IMG/VR virus record: IMGVR_UViG_3300046092_000205
Span: 12,496 to 76,495 of that record
Length of the DNA: 64,000 nucleotides
Source: a virus
Strand: one strand, 5' to 3'
Shown: positions 36,350-46,546 of the stretch, one piece after another
Layout: every line of letters begins with the position of its first letter
How positions within the stretch are numbered: position 1 is the stretch's first letter
The notes under the pieces: generated by a model
What the model was told of the DNA's origin: nothing
Databases searched by the model: none
Seen by the model: only the letters and a program-made list of their open reading frames with translations
Program-made: the position numbers and the translations under genes

Positions 36350-39300
36350 TTTCCTCTAAGAGTTCCCCCTAATCTTTTTTCTTCCTGAAGAATTTGAACG
36401 ACAGCCTCTTTAATGCGGCGATTCATATTTTTCTGGTCCTCACTTTGTTTACCATCTTCAGAAGCTGTTGTTTGGCCATTTTTATCCATTGCCACATTAA
36501 CAGTGACATTATTTTGCGCGGATAATTTCTGAACTAATTCGTCGAGTTTGGATATAAGTTTTTCATTTAGCTCTTCTGATTTTTCATCAGATACGCCAGT
36601 GGATTGACCAGAGTTAATAGCGTTGAGCTTGGAAACTCCAAGATTTTTCATCGCTTTTGGATTTAAAACTCCCTCGCCTCCATTTAGTAAAGCTGGTACA
36701 TTGTCTCCATAACCATCACCATTAACAACGCCGCCAGATGCGCGACGAGCAGAGCTTACAACGTTTCTTGATGAAAGAGATGATCCAGAAGACAATCCAG
36801 GAGGACGATCACTAATGTTCCTACCTCCAGTCATATTAGTAGAACCAAGCTCAGAAGGAGTTCCTGCATTAAAATAGGAACCAACGGCAGCGCCAGCGAC
36901 TGTGACTGCGGCAGAAATAAGTAGTTGTTTTTGCCTTTCTTTTCTAGCTTTTTTAAGAGCTTCCATTTGCTCTTTATATTGCTTACGCAAATCTTTATCT
37001 TGGAAAAATAAACCAAGAGCTTGGTCTTTAGCTTCTTGAGTCGCAGACTGAAGAGGATTTCCGCTTTGGCGTGCAAAATTAGTTAAACGCACACTTTCTG
37101 GCTCAAGCTCTACTAAACCAGCACCGCTTCCTAAAGAAAACATTTTATCTGTCGCTCCAGAAGTAGCATTTTGACTTGCGTAAGCCAAAAGATTTTGCGA
37201 GCCACGAATAGCTTTGCCAGAAATGCCTGGGTCAACTAGTCCACCCTTAGCCATTTTCTGAAGACGACCTTCATTCAATGCCTCGAACAATTGAGGGCCA
37301 TATTTTTTGACGCTCTGTTTATTAATCATGAATTCACCACCCATACCCATGATAGGTACATCATCTTTAGTTCCAGAGCCTCCAGTAACAGGTCCACCAG
37401 AAGCCATGCCAGAACCTCCAAAAAAACTTCCCACAGCTTTTAATCCACCAGAAACTAAGTTGCCTCCTCCGCCGCCTCCATTACCAAATAAAGCGTTCGT
37501 AGCAATCTTAGCAAGATTATCAAGAGCAGCATCACGAAGTTTATTGGCAAAGGAAAGCGCCACATCCAAGAGAGAATTTTTCAAATCTCCAGTTCCGTTA
37601 GCGGCAGCTTTCAAGGCTTCCGATAGCGCATCTTTAAATCCAAATGTTGCCGCTTCTCCAAAGTCAGAATTAAATGTGCTAATTTCATCTCTCATCTGTG
37701 CCGTAGCATTGCCAACACCAGAACGTAATGAGCGCTGCTCTTTCAGTCTCTTATTCTGAGCTTCAATTAATGCGGCGATTTGCTCATCAACATTTCCACC
37801 GCGTTCTTTAATGGAAATTATATCCTCTAGAGCTTTTTTCTCTTGAGTTAATTGAATTTTTTGAACACTTGTGGTCGCCGAAGCAATTTCAAATTCTTTT
37901 TGGCGCAAAGCTGTTCTTTCGGCCAAAAACTTCTCTCCTTCAAGACCAGTTTTACCAGATGATTGAAGATCACCAAATGCTTGTTGAGAAGCGAGTGCGG
38001 AACCAAGAGAAGAAGTATCAGTGGACCTGAGGGCATTAAGAATATTAGAAGATTCAACTTCGCCAAGATTTTGGCTGAATTGATAAGCTGCATTTGCCAA
38101 GAGAGTCATGGCTGATGCGGATTGGCCTATATAATTCTTTTGAGTTTCTAACGCAGTAATTTGATCGTTAATAGATCTATTGGCCCTTTCATACTCATCT
38201 TCAATAAGTTTTAAACCAATAACTTGCTCTTCGAGTGTTTGATCTTTATCTTTAAATAAATTTTTCTTAGCTTCCTCTCTTCGTATTTTTGCGGTATCAA
38301 CACCCTCTCTTAGATTTTTAATTTGCAAATCTGTTGTCGAGCGTTGAATGTTCGCTTGCTGACTGGCTGGAAGATTTGGATTTGAACTTTGGGCGTTCAA
38401 AAGCGCAATTTGCGATTCCGTCAAAGACTTGCGAGATTCAATGTCGGAAAGCTTGGAGTTATTCTTGAGAGTTGCTAAAGATTGCTGTGCGCGAATTTGC
38501 TCAGTAATTTTAGCTTCAGCCTTTAACTGCTCATTAGTAATACCTAATTGACCTCTTTTTGCCGCGCTAATGTCATCAATTCCACTAAGCTGAGCTAGGA
38601 TTTCAGCTTTGGTTGTTTCGAGCACTTGATCGCCGCCCAAAGTATCTATTAGAGCTACAATTTGCCTTTTTGTCTCCTCGACCCCAAGACCCAATCCTTT
38701 AATCTGCTCAACACCAGACTTCAACTCTTCCACCTTGATAGTGTAGCCACCTTCACCAGCAAGTTTATCAAGGTTTTTTGTGGCAATATCAAAAATATCG
38801 CCACGCAAGGATCTTTCCAGCTTTAAAACCTCAAGTCTGGCTTGTAAATCAGCCCGTTCAACGTTTGAAATTTGAGAAGTTTTGATTTGCGTCTCTAAAA
38901 TTCTTTCTGCATCCGTGGCGAAATCTAGTTGTAATTTTTTTAATTGAATAGCGGATGCAACTTGAGCTTGAGCAGTTTCAGGATTAGAGAATAACTCTGG
39001 ATCACGAGCTTGTTGCTCCGCCCGTAATGATGGTTTTCCCTGAAAATATCCCGTTAAGCGAGTTGTCGCGGATTCTTTGCCGCCCGAAGATAAATTAAAA
39101 ATATCTGGGCTGCGAATATACTCAAACGCTGAAGTAATAATTTTTTCACGCAACTGCTCAAGACCATCTTTTGCAGATACTTCGATTTTTTTATCTTTTG
39201 CAAAAGTTTTTAATTCTTCCTCGGATAAAGACCCTATTCTCGCAAACAAATCCGCCAAGACAGTTTGAACATCTTTTGGAAGGTCTGATACCAATTCTTT

Positions 39301-42300
39301 CCTAAATACACCCGTTGCAAAACTCTTATTTACGGCATACCCGCCTACGTCCGATATTCTATTTTCTACAACTTCTACTCTGTTACCAGTCTTTTGTTTA
39401 CCAAGAATTTCTCCAATTTGTTTTCTGAATAATTCAGACTGAACTTCTTCTGGTTTTTTACCTTCAGTATCAACACCTTGAAGCTTAGCTCGAATAGAGG
39501 CTTGCTGATTAGTTTGCTGGAGTTTTAAATCCCTAAAGACATCTTCTCTTGTTTTCCCTACGAATTGACCATTCTCAAATAAAGACTTACTAAAGGTTTC
39601 TAGTGATTCTTTCGCCCTTTCGCCCTCTGCGGATAAACCAGTAACAAATTCTCTAATTGATGCATACGCATTAATACCGAAATATTTTAATACTGAATTA
39701 ACAGCGAATAAACCAATTGCTACCTGCCCAATAACAGGAAGAAGTCTTACGAATCCAGCACTAAATTTAGTTAGACCCCCAGCAACTGATCCGAGGATAG
39801 ATCCAACCTTTGCAGCCCTAGAATTTCCAGCCAATAAACCAACGGCACTGGAACCAAGTCCTTGGCGTCTTGCAGAAAACGCTCTACCAAAATTACCGCC
39901 AACACCCCCAAGTAATCTAGATCCACTACCAGCATTTAAGCCACCAAGCTCGCTAAGTTTTTTAATGCCGACAAAAGCAATAGCTAAATCCCTAATAGTA
40001 TCAATAGTAGTATCTATCTCAAACCCTAAAACTGAAAACGCCTCTTTGAGAACGCTTGCTCCAAGAAAAATAGTGCCAGTTTGAGCGCCAAATTCAGTAG
40101 CAGCTTCGCTGAAAGATTTACTAATTTCTTCGGTAGAATCAGCCAAGTCTGTTTGCTCTGACGCTAGTCTTTCAGACGCCCCAAATGAAGCCATGGAACC
40201 ACCAGATGTTCTATTCCTAACCTCAAAATTATTCACTGCATTTGCGGCAGCAGAAAATCCGCGAGGTTGATTTTCAATAGCGGCGAGTCTTCTTTCTAGT
40301 CCAATTTGAGTCGCTCTAGTTAGTGGATCGCTTGATTTAGCTTGGCCACGAACAGGTTGATAAGAACCGAGAGGATTAAAAGCGCCAAAAGACTTTTTGT
40401 ATTCTGGATTCTCTTCCACACCCTTATCCGTATTGATAAATGGCTCTATTAATTTACCGTCAACCATTCCCCCAAATCCACCTAATCTAGTAATACTTCT
40501 GCTCAAAGCAAGAGGATTGCCTCCTCCAATTTGTGTTCTAGCTTTAGATTGGCTAGTGTTGCTATAACCTATGTTATTCAACATAGCAGCTTTTGAAAGA
40601 GGATCGCTTAAATTAGCTGCATCAGTTTTTATTTTACTAACTCTAGCAGATTCAGCAGCTCTTAACTTTCGCTTTTGAGCGTTTTCTTTAATCTGTAAAT
40701 CATAAGCGTCTTTGACCGAAGTCTCATATGTTTTTAATTCTTTAGAGAATCTAATCGCCGTTGTTCCAATCTCCCGCAAAGATTTACCCGTCAAATTAAA
40801 ACCAGCCTCTCTTACGGCTTTATTAATTGCATTGGTAAACTTTAATCCAGCCACATTTTGATTTGATAAAGTACGAGCAGTTTGCTCAACTACTTTTTCA
40901 AGTTTTCCAACCGAAAGGAATTTACCTGATTTGCTCGCTACCGTTGAGCCAGAAAGGGATAAAGATGGAACTTCGCCTTCTGCCGCCCTTTTCCCATAGC
41001 CCATCTTATCCAACATATCCCGATTAAGAACTGCCGCCCCACTACCCATTGGAGCAATAGCTTCAGAAGTATTGGCTACCATCGGACCTTTTTTGCCGCC
41101 ACCAAATGGAAAATCTTTAATTAAAACAACGCCAGCGTTTCTATTTGCCCCGCCGACACCTTTTTTAATATCAGCATACTCAGCTTGAATTAAGTCAGGA
41201 ACATAACCTTTTGCCGCGCCAAATCCCTTTCTGCCTCTTGGGGTTGGCTGACCACTCGCGCCAATACCAAACGAAGGGGCAATAGCTCCAGCAATAGCTT
41301 TTGATGTGGCTATTCGCCGAGCATCTTGGTCTGCGGCGTCTTTATAAGCTTTTGCAAGTAATTGAGCTTGAGCAACTTGGTTACCACCAAGACTGAGCAA
41401 CTGCGCTTCAATATCCTCTCTAGTTCTAAGGGTATTTAAAATAGAAACTTGAATAGCCTCTTGATTTTTGGAGGCAGCATTAATTCCAAGAACATTAGTG
41501 AAACTATCTTTTGCGAAGACGGCAAACTTCTTTAGAATCAAACCAATAGATAAAGCTCCAGCAGCACCAGCAACAAGAATACCGTCGCCAATAATATTAG
41601 CAAGCGCTTTTGTAAACGATGGCCCCTCTTTAGAAAGGCCGTCAATTAGAAACTTCCCAATTCCACCAAGAGCTTCAGTAATATTACTTAAAGCTGGAGC
41701 AATAGTCACATCTCCAAATAAAGATCCCAACTGAGTCCCAGTGGCAAGTAATCCTTTAATTTGAGAATCGAGAGTTTGATTCAGTTTTTCATTCGCAATA
41801 GCAGCTTCAATAGATGCGTTTGCTGAAGTAGAAACGACTTCATCATACCTTCTTGAAGCACCCTCTGCGCTTTTCAAAGCATTTGTTAAAGCGGATAACT
41901 GATTGATTTGAAGCGTACCAGCTAATTGGCGTAAAGCGGTTCTTTTCGCCGTTTCATCCATACCGTTTAAACTATTGGCAAAATTGTCAATAATTTTAAT
42001 GGCTGGCAAAAAATTTTCGTTAACATCAGTAACGGAAACTCCCAATTGACGAAGTTGAGCTATACTTTCTGGGCGACCAACGCGCTCGAAAATAGTTTTC
42101 AGGGAGTTACCAATAACTGAGCCACCGCGAGCAGTAGCCTCTTGAAGAACTGTAACCGTTGCTGTTAATTCATCAAATCCAACACCAGCCTCCTGAGCAA
42201 AAGAACCAGACCTCTTGATAGCTTCAATCAAATCCGCACTTGAAACAGCGTATTTATTATCGACAGCAATTAATTTATTTAAAACATCCGTAGTTGAAAG

Positions 42301-42879
42301 ACCTTCTTTTTTGAAAGTATTTACGGCGGCAGTTAAACCCTCAACTGAGGATTTGGCATCCAAACCAGAAAGGCGAGTAAGAACCAAGGCATCTTTAACG
42401 CGAGTAAGGGTTTCGGCAGCGCCTAAACCTTGACGAGCAAATTCGAGAGCAGCTTTGGAGGTTTCATCAAAAGACTGTCCCGTCTGACGAGCAACATCAA
42501 AAACTCCACGACCAAATTTTTCTAATTGGCCAGCAGTAGAGGTAAATTGGTCGCCAACAACAGCGATTTTCGCGAATGCAGCTTCAACTTCAATTGTTGA
42601 TTTAACAAGATTAACAAAACCTCTTTGAAGGGCTGAAATAACCGCAACAGAAGCGCCGAAAGCAAGAACGCGAGCATTTGCCGCTTCTAAACTTTTCGTA
42701 AATTCATCCGCACTACCAGAAAGCCTACCAAGTCCTTTATTTATTCCATCTAAACCTCTAGCATCAGTAGCTAGATTAACTTTGAGTGGGCGTCTAGATA
42801 CGGTATCTTGGAGCTTACGCATTGCTTGCGTAATTCCATCGAATTCTGGCTGAAATGAAATTTTTGGGTCGTTGGCCAT
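36346..42879 (-). CDS. tail tape measure protein
   Basis: 2177 aa, Ala-rich helical; TP901-like core (ALEFARQG, GNSLKTIF); ASGG...DDVP...GEF motifs. Confidence 0.92.
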   Translation of the reverse strand: MANDPKISFQPEFDGITQAMRKLQDTVSRRPLKVNLATDARGLDGINKGLGRLSGSADEFTKSLEAANARVLAFGASVAVISALQRGFVNLVKSTIEVEAAFAKIAVVGDQFTSTAGQLEKFGRGVFDVARQTGQSFDETSKAALEFARQGLGAAETLTRVKDALVLTRLSGLDAKSSVEGLTAAVNTFKKEGLSTTDVLNKLIAVDNKYAVSSADLIEAIKRSGSFAQEAGVGFDELTATVTVLQEATARGGSVIGNSLKTIFERVGRPESIAQLRQLGVSVTDVNENFLPAIKIIDNFANSLNGMDETAKRTALRQLAGTLQINQLSALTNALKSAEGASRRYDEVVSTSANASIEAAIANEKLNQTLDSQIKGLLATGTQLGSLFGDVTIAPALSNITEALGGIGKFLIDGLSKEGPSFTKALANIIGDGILVAGAAGALSIGLILKKFAVFAKDSFTNVLGINAASKNQEAIQVSILNTLRTREDIEAQLLSLGGNQVAQAQLLAKAYKDAADQDARRIATSKAIAGAIAPSFGIGASGQPTPRGRKGFGAAKGYVPDLIQAEYADIKKGVGGANRNAGVVLIKDFPFGGGKKGPMVANTSEAIAPMGSGAAVLNRDMLDKMGYGKRAAEGEVPSLSLSGSTVASKSGKFLSVGKLEKVVEQTARTLSNQNVAGLKFTNAINKAVREAGFNLTGKSLREIGTTAIRFSKELKTYETSVKDAYDLQIKENAQKRKLRAAESARVSKIKTDAANLSDPLSKAAMLNNIGYSNTSQSKARTQIGGGNPLALSRSITRLGGFGGMVDGKLIEPFINTDKGVEENPEYKKSFGAFNPLGSYQPVRGQAKSSDPLTRATQIGLERRLAAIENQPRGFSAAANAVNNFEVRNRTSGGSMASFGASERLASEQTDLADSTEEISKSFSEAATEFGAQTGTIFLGASVLKEAFSVLGFEIDTTIDTIRDLAIAFVGIKKLSELGGLNAGSGSRLLGGVGGNFGRAFSARRQGLGSSAVGLLAGNSRAAKVGSILGSVAGGLTKFSAGFVRLLPVIGQVAIGLFAVNSVLKYFGINAYASIREFVTGLSAEGERAKESLETFSKSLFENGQFVGKTREDVFRDLKLQQTNQQASIRAKLQGVDTEGKKPEEVQSELFRKQIGEILGKQKTGNRVEVVENRISDVGGYAVNKSFATGVFRKELVSDLPKDVQTVLADLFARIGSLSEEELKTFAKDKKIEVSAKDGLEQLREKIITSAFEYIRSPDIFNLSSGGKESATTRLTGYFQGKPSLRAEQQARDPELFSNPETAQAQVASAIQLKKLQLDFATDAERILETQIKTSQISNVERADLQARLEVLKLERSLRGDIFDIATKNLDKLAGEGGYTIKVEELKSGVEQIKGLGLGVEETKRQIVALIDTLGGDQVLETTKAEILAQLSGIDDISAAKRGQLGITNEQLKAEAKITEQIRAQQSLATLKNNSKLSDIESRKSLTESQIALLNAQSSNPNLPASQQANIQRSTTDLQIKNLREGVDTAKIRREEAKKNLFKDKDQTLEEQVIGLKLIEDEYERANRSINDQITALETQKNYIGQSASAMTLLANAAYQFSQNLGEVESSNILNALRSTDTSSLGSALASQQAFGDLQSSGKTGLEGEKFLAERTALRQKEFEIASATTSVQKIQLTQEKKALEDIISIKERGGNVDEQIAALIEAQNKRLKEQRSLRSGVGNATAQMRDEISTFNSDFGEAATFGFKDALSEALKAAANGTGDLKNSLLDVALSFANKLRDAALDNLAKIATNALFGNGGGGGGNLVSGGLKAVGSFFGGSGMASGGPVTGGSGTKDDVPIMGMGGEFMINKQSVKKYGPQLFEALNEGRLQKMAKGGLVDPGISGKAIRGSQNLLAYASQNATSGATDKMFSLGSGAGLVELEPESVRLTNFARQSGNPLQSATQEAKDQALGLFFQDKDLRKQYKEQMEALKKARKERQKQLLISAAVTVAGAAVGSYFNAGTPSELGSTNMTGGRNISDRPPGLSSGSSLSSRNVVSSARRASGGVVNGDGYGDNVPALLNGGEGVLNPKAMKNLGVSKLNAINSGQSTGVSDEKSEELNEKLISKLDELVQKLSAQNNVTVNVAMDKNGQTTASEDGKQSEDQKNMNRRIKEAVVQILQEEKRLGGTLRGK

Positions 42880-42901
42880 CCTTAGTCCTTGTTCTAAGGA
42901 T

Positions 42902-42907
42902 TTACAC
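42902..42907 (-). promoter_or_regulatory. GTGTAA putative late promoter for tape measure
   Basis: 22 nt before ATG 42879, with AAGGA-like SD. Confidence 0.6.
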
Positions 42908-42970
42908 GCTGGTCAGTTTTGTTCTCATAGGATTTTGACGTAGGGACATATTGTTTATGATAACTATTTA

Positions 42971-42976
42971 GTGTAA
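42971..42976 (+). promoter_or_regulatory. GTGTAA putative late promoter for GIY-YIG endonuclease
   Basis: 10 nt before ATG 42987. Confidence 0.6.
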
Positions 42977-42986
42977 ATAGGTATAA

Positions 42987-44078
42987 ATGGACATTGGAAT
43001 ATACAGAATTACTTGCACGGGAAATAATAAATGCTATATTGGACAATCTATATACCTCCATCGTAGAGAAAATGAGCATTTAAACGATTTAAAAAGAGGA
43101 AAACATCACAACCGTTTTCTACAAAATTCATACAAGAAATATGGATCAGACTCTATAAAATTTGAAATAATCGAACTATGCGAAAAAAGCCAGCTAAATA
43201 AAAGAGAGGTTTACTGGATTGAATACCACAACTCTTTTCGCGATGGATTTAATTCCACGCTCGGCGGAAAACTAAATTATATCGAGCCTAAAAAGTTTGA
43301 TTTTGTAAATTTGAAACGCGGAATTGAAGTTTATTGCAGCATACCAGAATTAGTGGCAATGTATCCAGACGACAATCTGGATAAAAGTTATTTATATAAA
43401 ACAATTAACGGAAAGACCTTTTCTTATAGAGGGTGGAGTTACAAACACTCAATTTTTAAATCTCAAAAAGGGGTCAAGCATAGAATCCCAATCTCTATGA
43501 CAAATATAGCCTCTGGAGAAACGCTGTCATTTATTAGTATGACGGAAGCCGCTAAATATATTGGAACTGAGGTAAGTTCGATAATTTTAATTAAAAAAGG
43601 GAGGGGAACTCATGTGAAAGGTTGGACAATCGAAGGAGTCAAAAACAAAAAACAATGGAAAACTATTGAAATTAAACTTGAAAATATAAAGACTGGGGAA
43701 ATTAAATCCTTCGCTTCTCGCTCGGAAGCGGCTAAATATTTAAATGTTGATTCTGGGTTTATAACTCGGTTAGCTCAAAATAAAATTCAAACATGCAAAG
43801 GTTGGAAAATTCTTGGGACTACTTTGGAAAATAAGAGTAAAAAACATATATATGCGAAGAACCAAGGAAAAATTTATTTTTTTGAATCTGGTAACTCATT
43901 TGCTAAATACCTTAATGTGCATCGCGATACGCTCAAATTCTTCTTGACGGGAAAAAGAAATCACTATAAAACTTGGAGCAAACCTAGTGAAGACGAATTC
44001 CAAGTTTTGCCAATAATTGATCCTGCGAAAGATAACCATTCGAATTCTTCAATTCTTCCGCCAAATCTCCAACCTTAA
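42987..44078 (+). CDS. free-standing GIY-YIG homing endonuclease with NUMOD1-like repeats
   Basis: GIYRIT...YIGQS...R..EH...H.N..LQ, E..WI, GFN; repeats F.S..EAAKY(L/I)...KGW. Confidence 0.9.
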   Translation: MDIGIYRITCTGNNKCYIGQSIYLHRRENEHLNDLKRGKHHNRFLQNSYKKYGSDSIKFEIIELCEKSQLNKREVYWIEYHNSFRDGFNSTLGGKLNYIEPKKFDFVNLKRGIEVYCSIPELVAMYPDDNLDKSYLYKTINGKTFSYRGWSYKHSIFKSQKGVKHRIPISMTNIASGETLSFISMTEAAKYIGTEVSSIILIKKGRGTHVKGWTIEGVKNKKQWKTIEIKLENIKTGEIKSFASRSEAAKYLNVDSGFITRLAQNKIQTCKGWKILGTTLENKSKKHIYAKNQGKIYFFESGNSFAKYLNVHRDTLKFFLTGKRNHYKTWSKPSEDEFQVLPIIDPAKDNHSNSSILPPNLQP

Positions 44079-44973
44079 CACCGTCATCAGCCATATATTC
44101 AGCATCCTCTCTCGTTCCTACGACAAAAGATGTTGAGCCTTCTCTGTCTGAATTCTTAGGTTTGGCCTTATCTTTATTTCTTGAGGATTCTGCGAAATCG
44201 AGTAAAGCTTTAGGATCTTTGCGAATACGATCAGGAATTTTATCAACATTTTGAAATATGTTAAGAAACATTCTTCCATAAACAAGAATCTTCTGCTGAA
44301 AAATACTAGTTTTAATTAGTGGTAAACCAAAAAAATCCCATGGCTTTTCACAAAATGGCATATACATATTAAAAAAGTCACACAATACTGCTTTCTGAAT
44401 ATTCTCATCAGAAAAACGCACCATCATTTTTTGATAACCTTCATAAATGCCAGATAAGTCATCTAACTCAATAGCCCCAAATTCTTCGTCGGAAAATTTT
44501 AGATTCTTTAAACTTTCATCAAAATAAATTAAATGGCGCAAAAATTCTTCATTCGCTTTTCGCGCTGCAAAATCTTCAGCAGTTTGGCCAATTAATTCTC
44601 TTTTTTTAGAGCGTAAAATATTTAATTTACCCTCTTCTTCATCAATTAATTTTTGTGCTTCTTTTTGTTGCGAAGGTAAAACGCATTTTTTTTTACTTTG
44701 CAAAAGATTTTTAACGTAGATTTCGCTTTCTGAAATTTTTAAATCATCTTCGTCAGTCCAGTCGCCATCTTTTTTTAATTGCTCAAGACGATCATTTTCG
44801 GAGCAGATGCCTTTGGCGATAGTTTTTTCCGTGAAATATTCAACTAATTTTGATAGTCTATTTTGATCATTGATATTGATATGACGAAGAAAAACCGAGT
44901 CGCCTTGATAGGTCAACTCGGTATACCCTTGGAAAATCTCCGAAATAAGGGAGATGTAGTTACTATCAACCAT
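43984..44973 (-). CDS. probable tail assembly chaperone (2)
   Basis: Position upstream of tape measure; helical, acidic. Confidence 0.55.
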   Translation of the reverse strand: MVDSNYISLISEIFQGYTELTYQGDSVFLRHININDQNRLSKLVEYFTEKTIAKGICSENDRLEQLKKDGDWTDEDDLKISESEIYVKNLLQSKKKCVLPSQQKEAQKLIDEEEGKLNILRSKKRELIGQTAEDFAARKANEEFLRHLIYFDESLKNLKFSDEEFGAIELDDLSGIYEGYQKMMVRFSDENIQKAVLCDFFNMYMPFCEKPWDFFGLPLIKTSIFQQKILVYGRMFLNIFQNVDKIPDRIRKDPKALLDFAESSRNKDKAKPKNSDREGSTSFVVGTREDAEYMADDGVKVGDLAEELKNSNGYLSQDQLLAKLGIRLH

Positions 44974-45712
44974 TACCTTCGATAGACTTAATCATATCCG
45001 CCAACTCTTCTGGCGTTGCATTGCGATTATACTGCCAAACAGCATAAACAATCCAAAGCTTTTGTCGCACTTGAGAATAAACCTCATCAGGATTTTCTTC
45101 TTTAGTATAGTAACTTTCGCGCCTTTCTTCCGTATCCGCGCCAGAATAAAGAGGAACAAGTTTTTCGCCGTCTTCAATCCATGAAAGATTCAGTGCATAC
45201 CAGAGAAGTCTTTGAGAATCAGCCTTTGTTTCAGCGGTAAGCTCAAAAAGATTTTGGTAACGATTCTCAATCTTAAGAATAGTTTGAGTCAAATCAATAA
45301 CTTGAGTAGATAGTTCGTCTACTTTCTTATTCTTTTTCTTGCCATTTTCGGCGAAGGCACTTAGTTTCGTATATTCATCACGAACTTCACCTAGCTCCTT
45401 GAGTAGTTTTGCATATTCCTTGGCGTCAGCATCGCTCATCAACCCGCCATTATCGCTATACTTGTTCGCAAGCATAGCCTTTGTAACGAGGCCACGCTTC
45501 AAAAATTTTGAAAACTGAACAGCATACTCTTCTTCAGCCTCATCTTCTTGGCGGCGAGTTGGTCGCTTAATAACAACCTTAACTGGTTCATCGACAGTCT
45601 TTTTCAGCGTTTTAGTAATTTCGGCTCCAGATTCATCAATGGTTGTCTCTTTTTCAGACTTTTCCACTTTACGGTTTACGGAGAAGGTATAAAGAATTTT
45701 ATCGTCAGGCAT
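44966..45712 (-). CDS. probable tail assembly chaperone (1)
   Basis: IKRPTRR, coiled coil; position between tube region and tape measure. Confidence 0.55.
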   Translation of the reverse strand: MPDDKILYTFSVNRKVEKSEKETTIDESGAEITKTLKKTVDEPVKVVIKRPTRRQEDEAEEEYAVQFSKFLKRGLVTKAMLANKYSDNGGLMSDADAKEYAKLLKELGEVRDEYTKLSAFAENGKKKNKKVDELSTQVIDLTQTILKIENRYQNLFELTAETKADSQRLLWYALNLSWIEDGEKLVPLYSGADTEERRESYYTKEENPDEVYSQVRQKLWIVYAVWQYNRNATPEELADMIKSIEGNG

Positions 45713-45733
45713 GGTATTAATAATAGCAGAAAA

Positions 45734-46024
45734 TTATTGTTTAAACACAAAAGTTACATTATACCTATCAGTTTCAGAATCCATCGCTCGCGAGACATCG
45801 TTTCCAACATCAAGAATTTTCTTACGAATTCTTAAAAATCTGTCATCAGTTAAAGGATTTGCAGCGTAAAGCATTGGTAAATACTCACTTGGCAATTGAT
45901 CTTGCAAAAGACGGTATCTCTCATCGTGATCTTCTTTAATGCTTTCAATCTCCGAAAGTAAAGTTTTAAAGAGACTTTTTACGTGGGCATGTTGCCGCTC
46001 CAATAGTTGTTCCTTGGCGTTCAT
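45734..46024 (-). CDS. hypothetical protein
   Basis: RIRKKILDVGND; SD and GTGTAA upstream. Confidence 0.7.
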   Translation of the reverse strand: MNAKEQLLERQHAHVKSLFKTLLSEIESIKEDHDERYRLLQDQLPSEYLPMLYAANPLTDDRFLRIRKKILDVGNDVSRAMDSETDRYNVTFVFKQ

Positions 46025-46046
46025 TTTTTCCTGTTCCTTAGCTATT

Positions 46047-46065
46047 GTTACACTTGCAGTGTAAA
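46047..46065. promoter_or_regulatory. back-to-back GTGTAA promoters forming inverted repeat TTACACT-TGC-AGTGTAA
   Basis: Lies between divergent ATGs at 46024 (-) and 46073 (+). Confidence 0.7.
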
Positions 46066-46072
46066 TTCTACT

Positions 46073-46546
46073 ATGGCGACCAGTTATTTAACCACGTTAC
46101 AAAAACGAAATATTGCAGATGTGTTCGACAATATTGCGAAAACGTTTGAGAGAACAATTTATGGGTTTAAAGACGGCGAAAGAATTTCTTTGGCATCGAA
46201 TCCGCAATTCAATGCTTTTTACAAGCAGCAAAGTTCAAATACCGAATTTTCTGAAGTCTCTATGGAGATTCAAGCACGCATTAGATATGTTAAATCTGAT
46301 GAAGAATTATTTACGCTTAAAGGTAATTCTAACGATTCAGAACAGCAAAATAAAATAGCCTTACCTGCTGGTTCAGTTAAAATAAAAGTAAATAGAGAAG
46401 GCTACGAGTTTATCAGGGACGCACGCAGAATAGAACTTGATGGAAATAGATTTTCCATTGTTTCAAATGCTCGCCAAATTGCAATGTTCGGCCCAGACTA
46501 TTCTCCATATTACGAATATATCCTCACTCCAACCGACGAGTCGTAA
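46073..46546 (+). CDS. probable head-closure/neck protein
   Basis: Start MATSYL 8 nt after GTGTAA; ARIRY, IELDG.RF. Confidence 0.55.
   Translation: MATSYLTTLQKRNIADVFDNIAKTFERTIYGFKDGERISLASNPQFNAFYKQQSSNTEFSEVSMEIQARIRYVKSDEELFTLKGNSNDSEQQNKIALPAGSVKIKVNREGYEFIRDARRIELDGNRFSIVSNARQIAMFGPDYSPYYEYILTPTDES

Noticed and set aside
44960-44985. Programmed frameshift between the two tail chaperones
   Set aside because: No clear slippery heptamer at the junction; the second ORF has its own overlapping ATG
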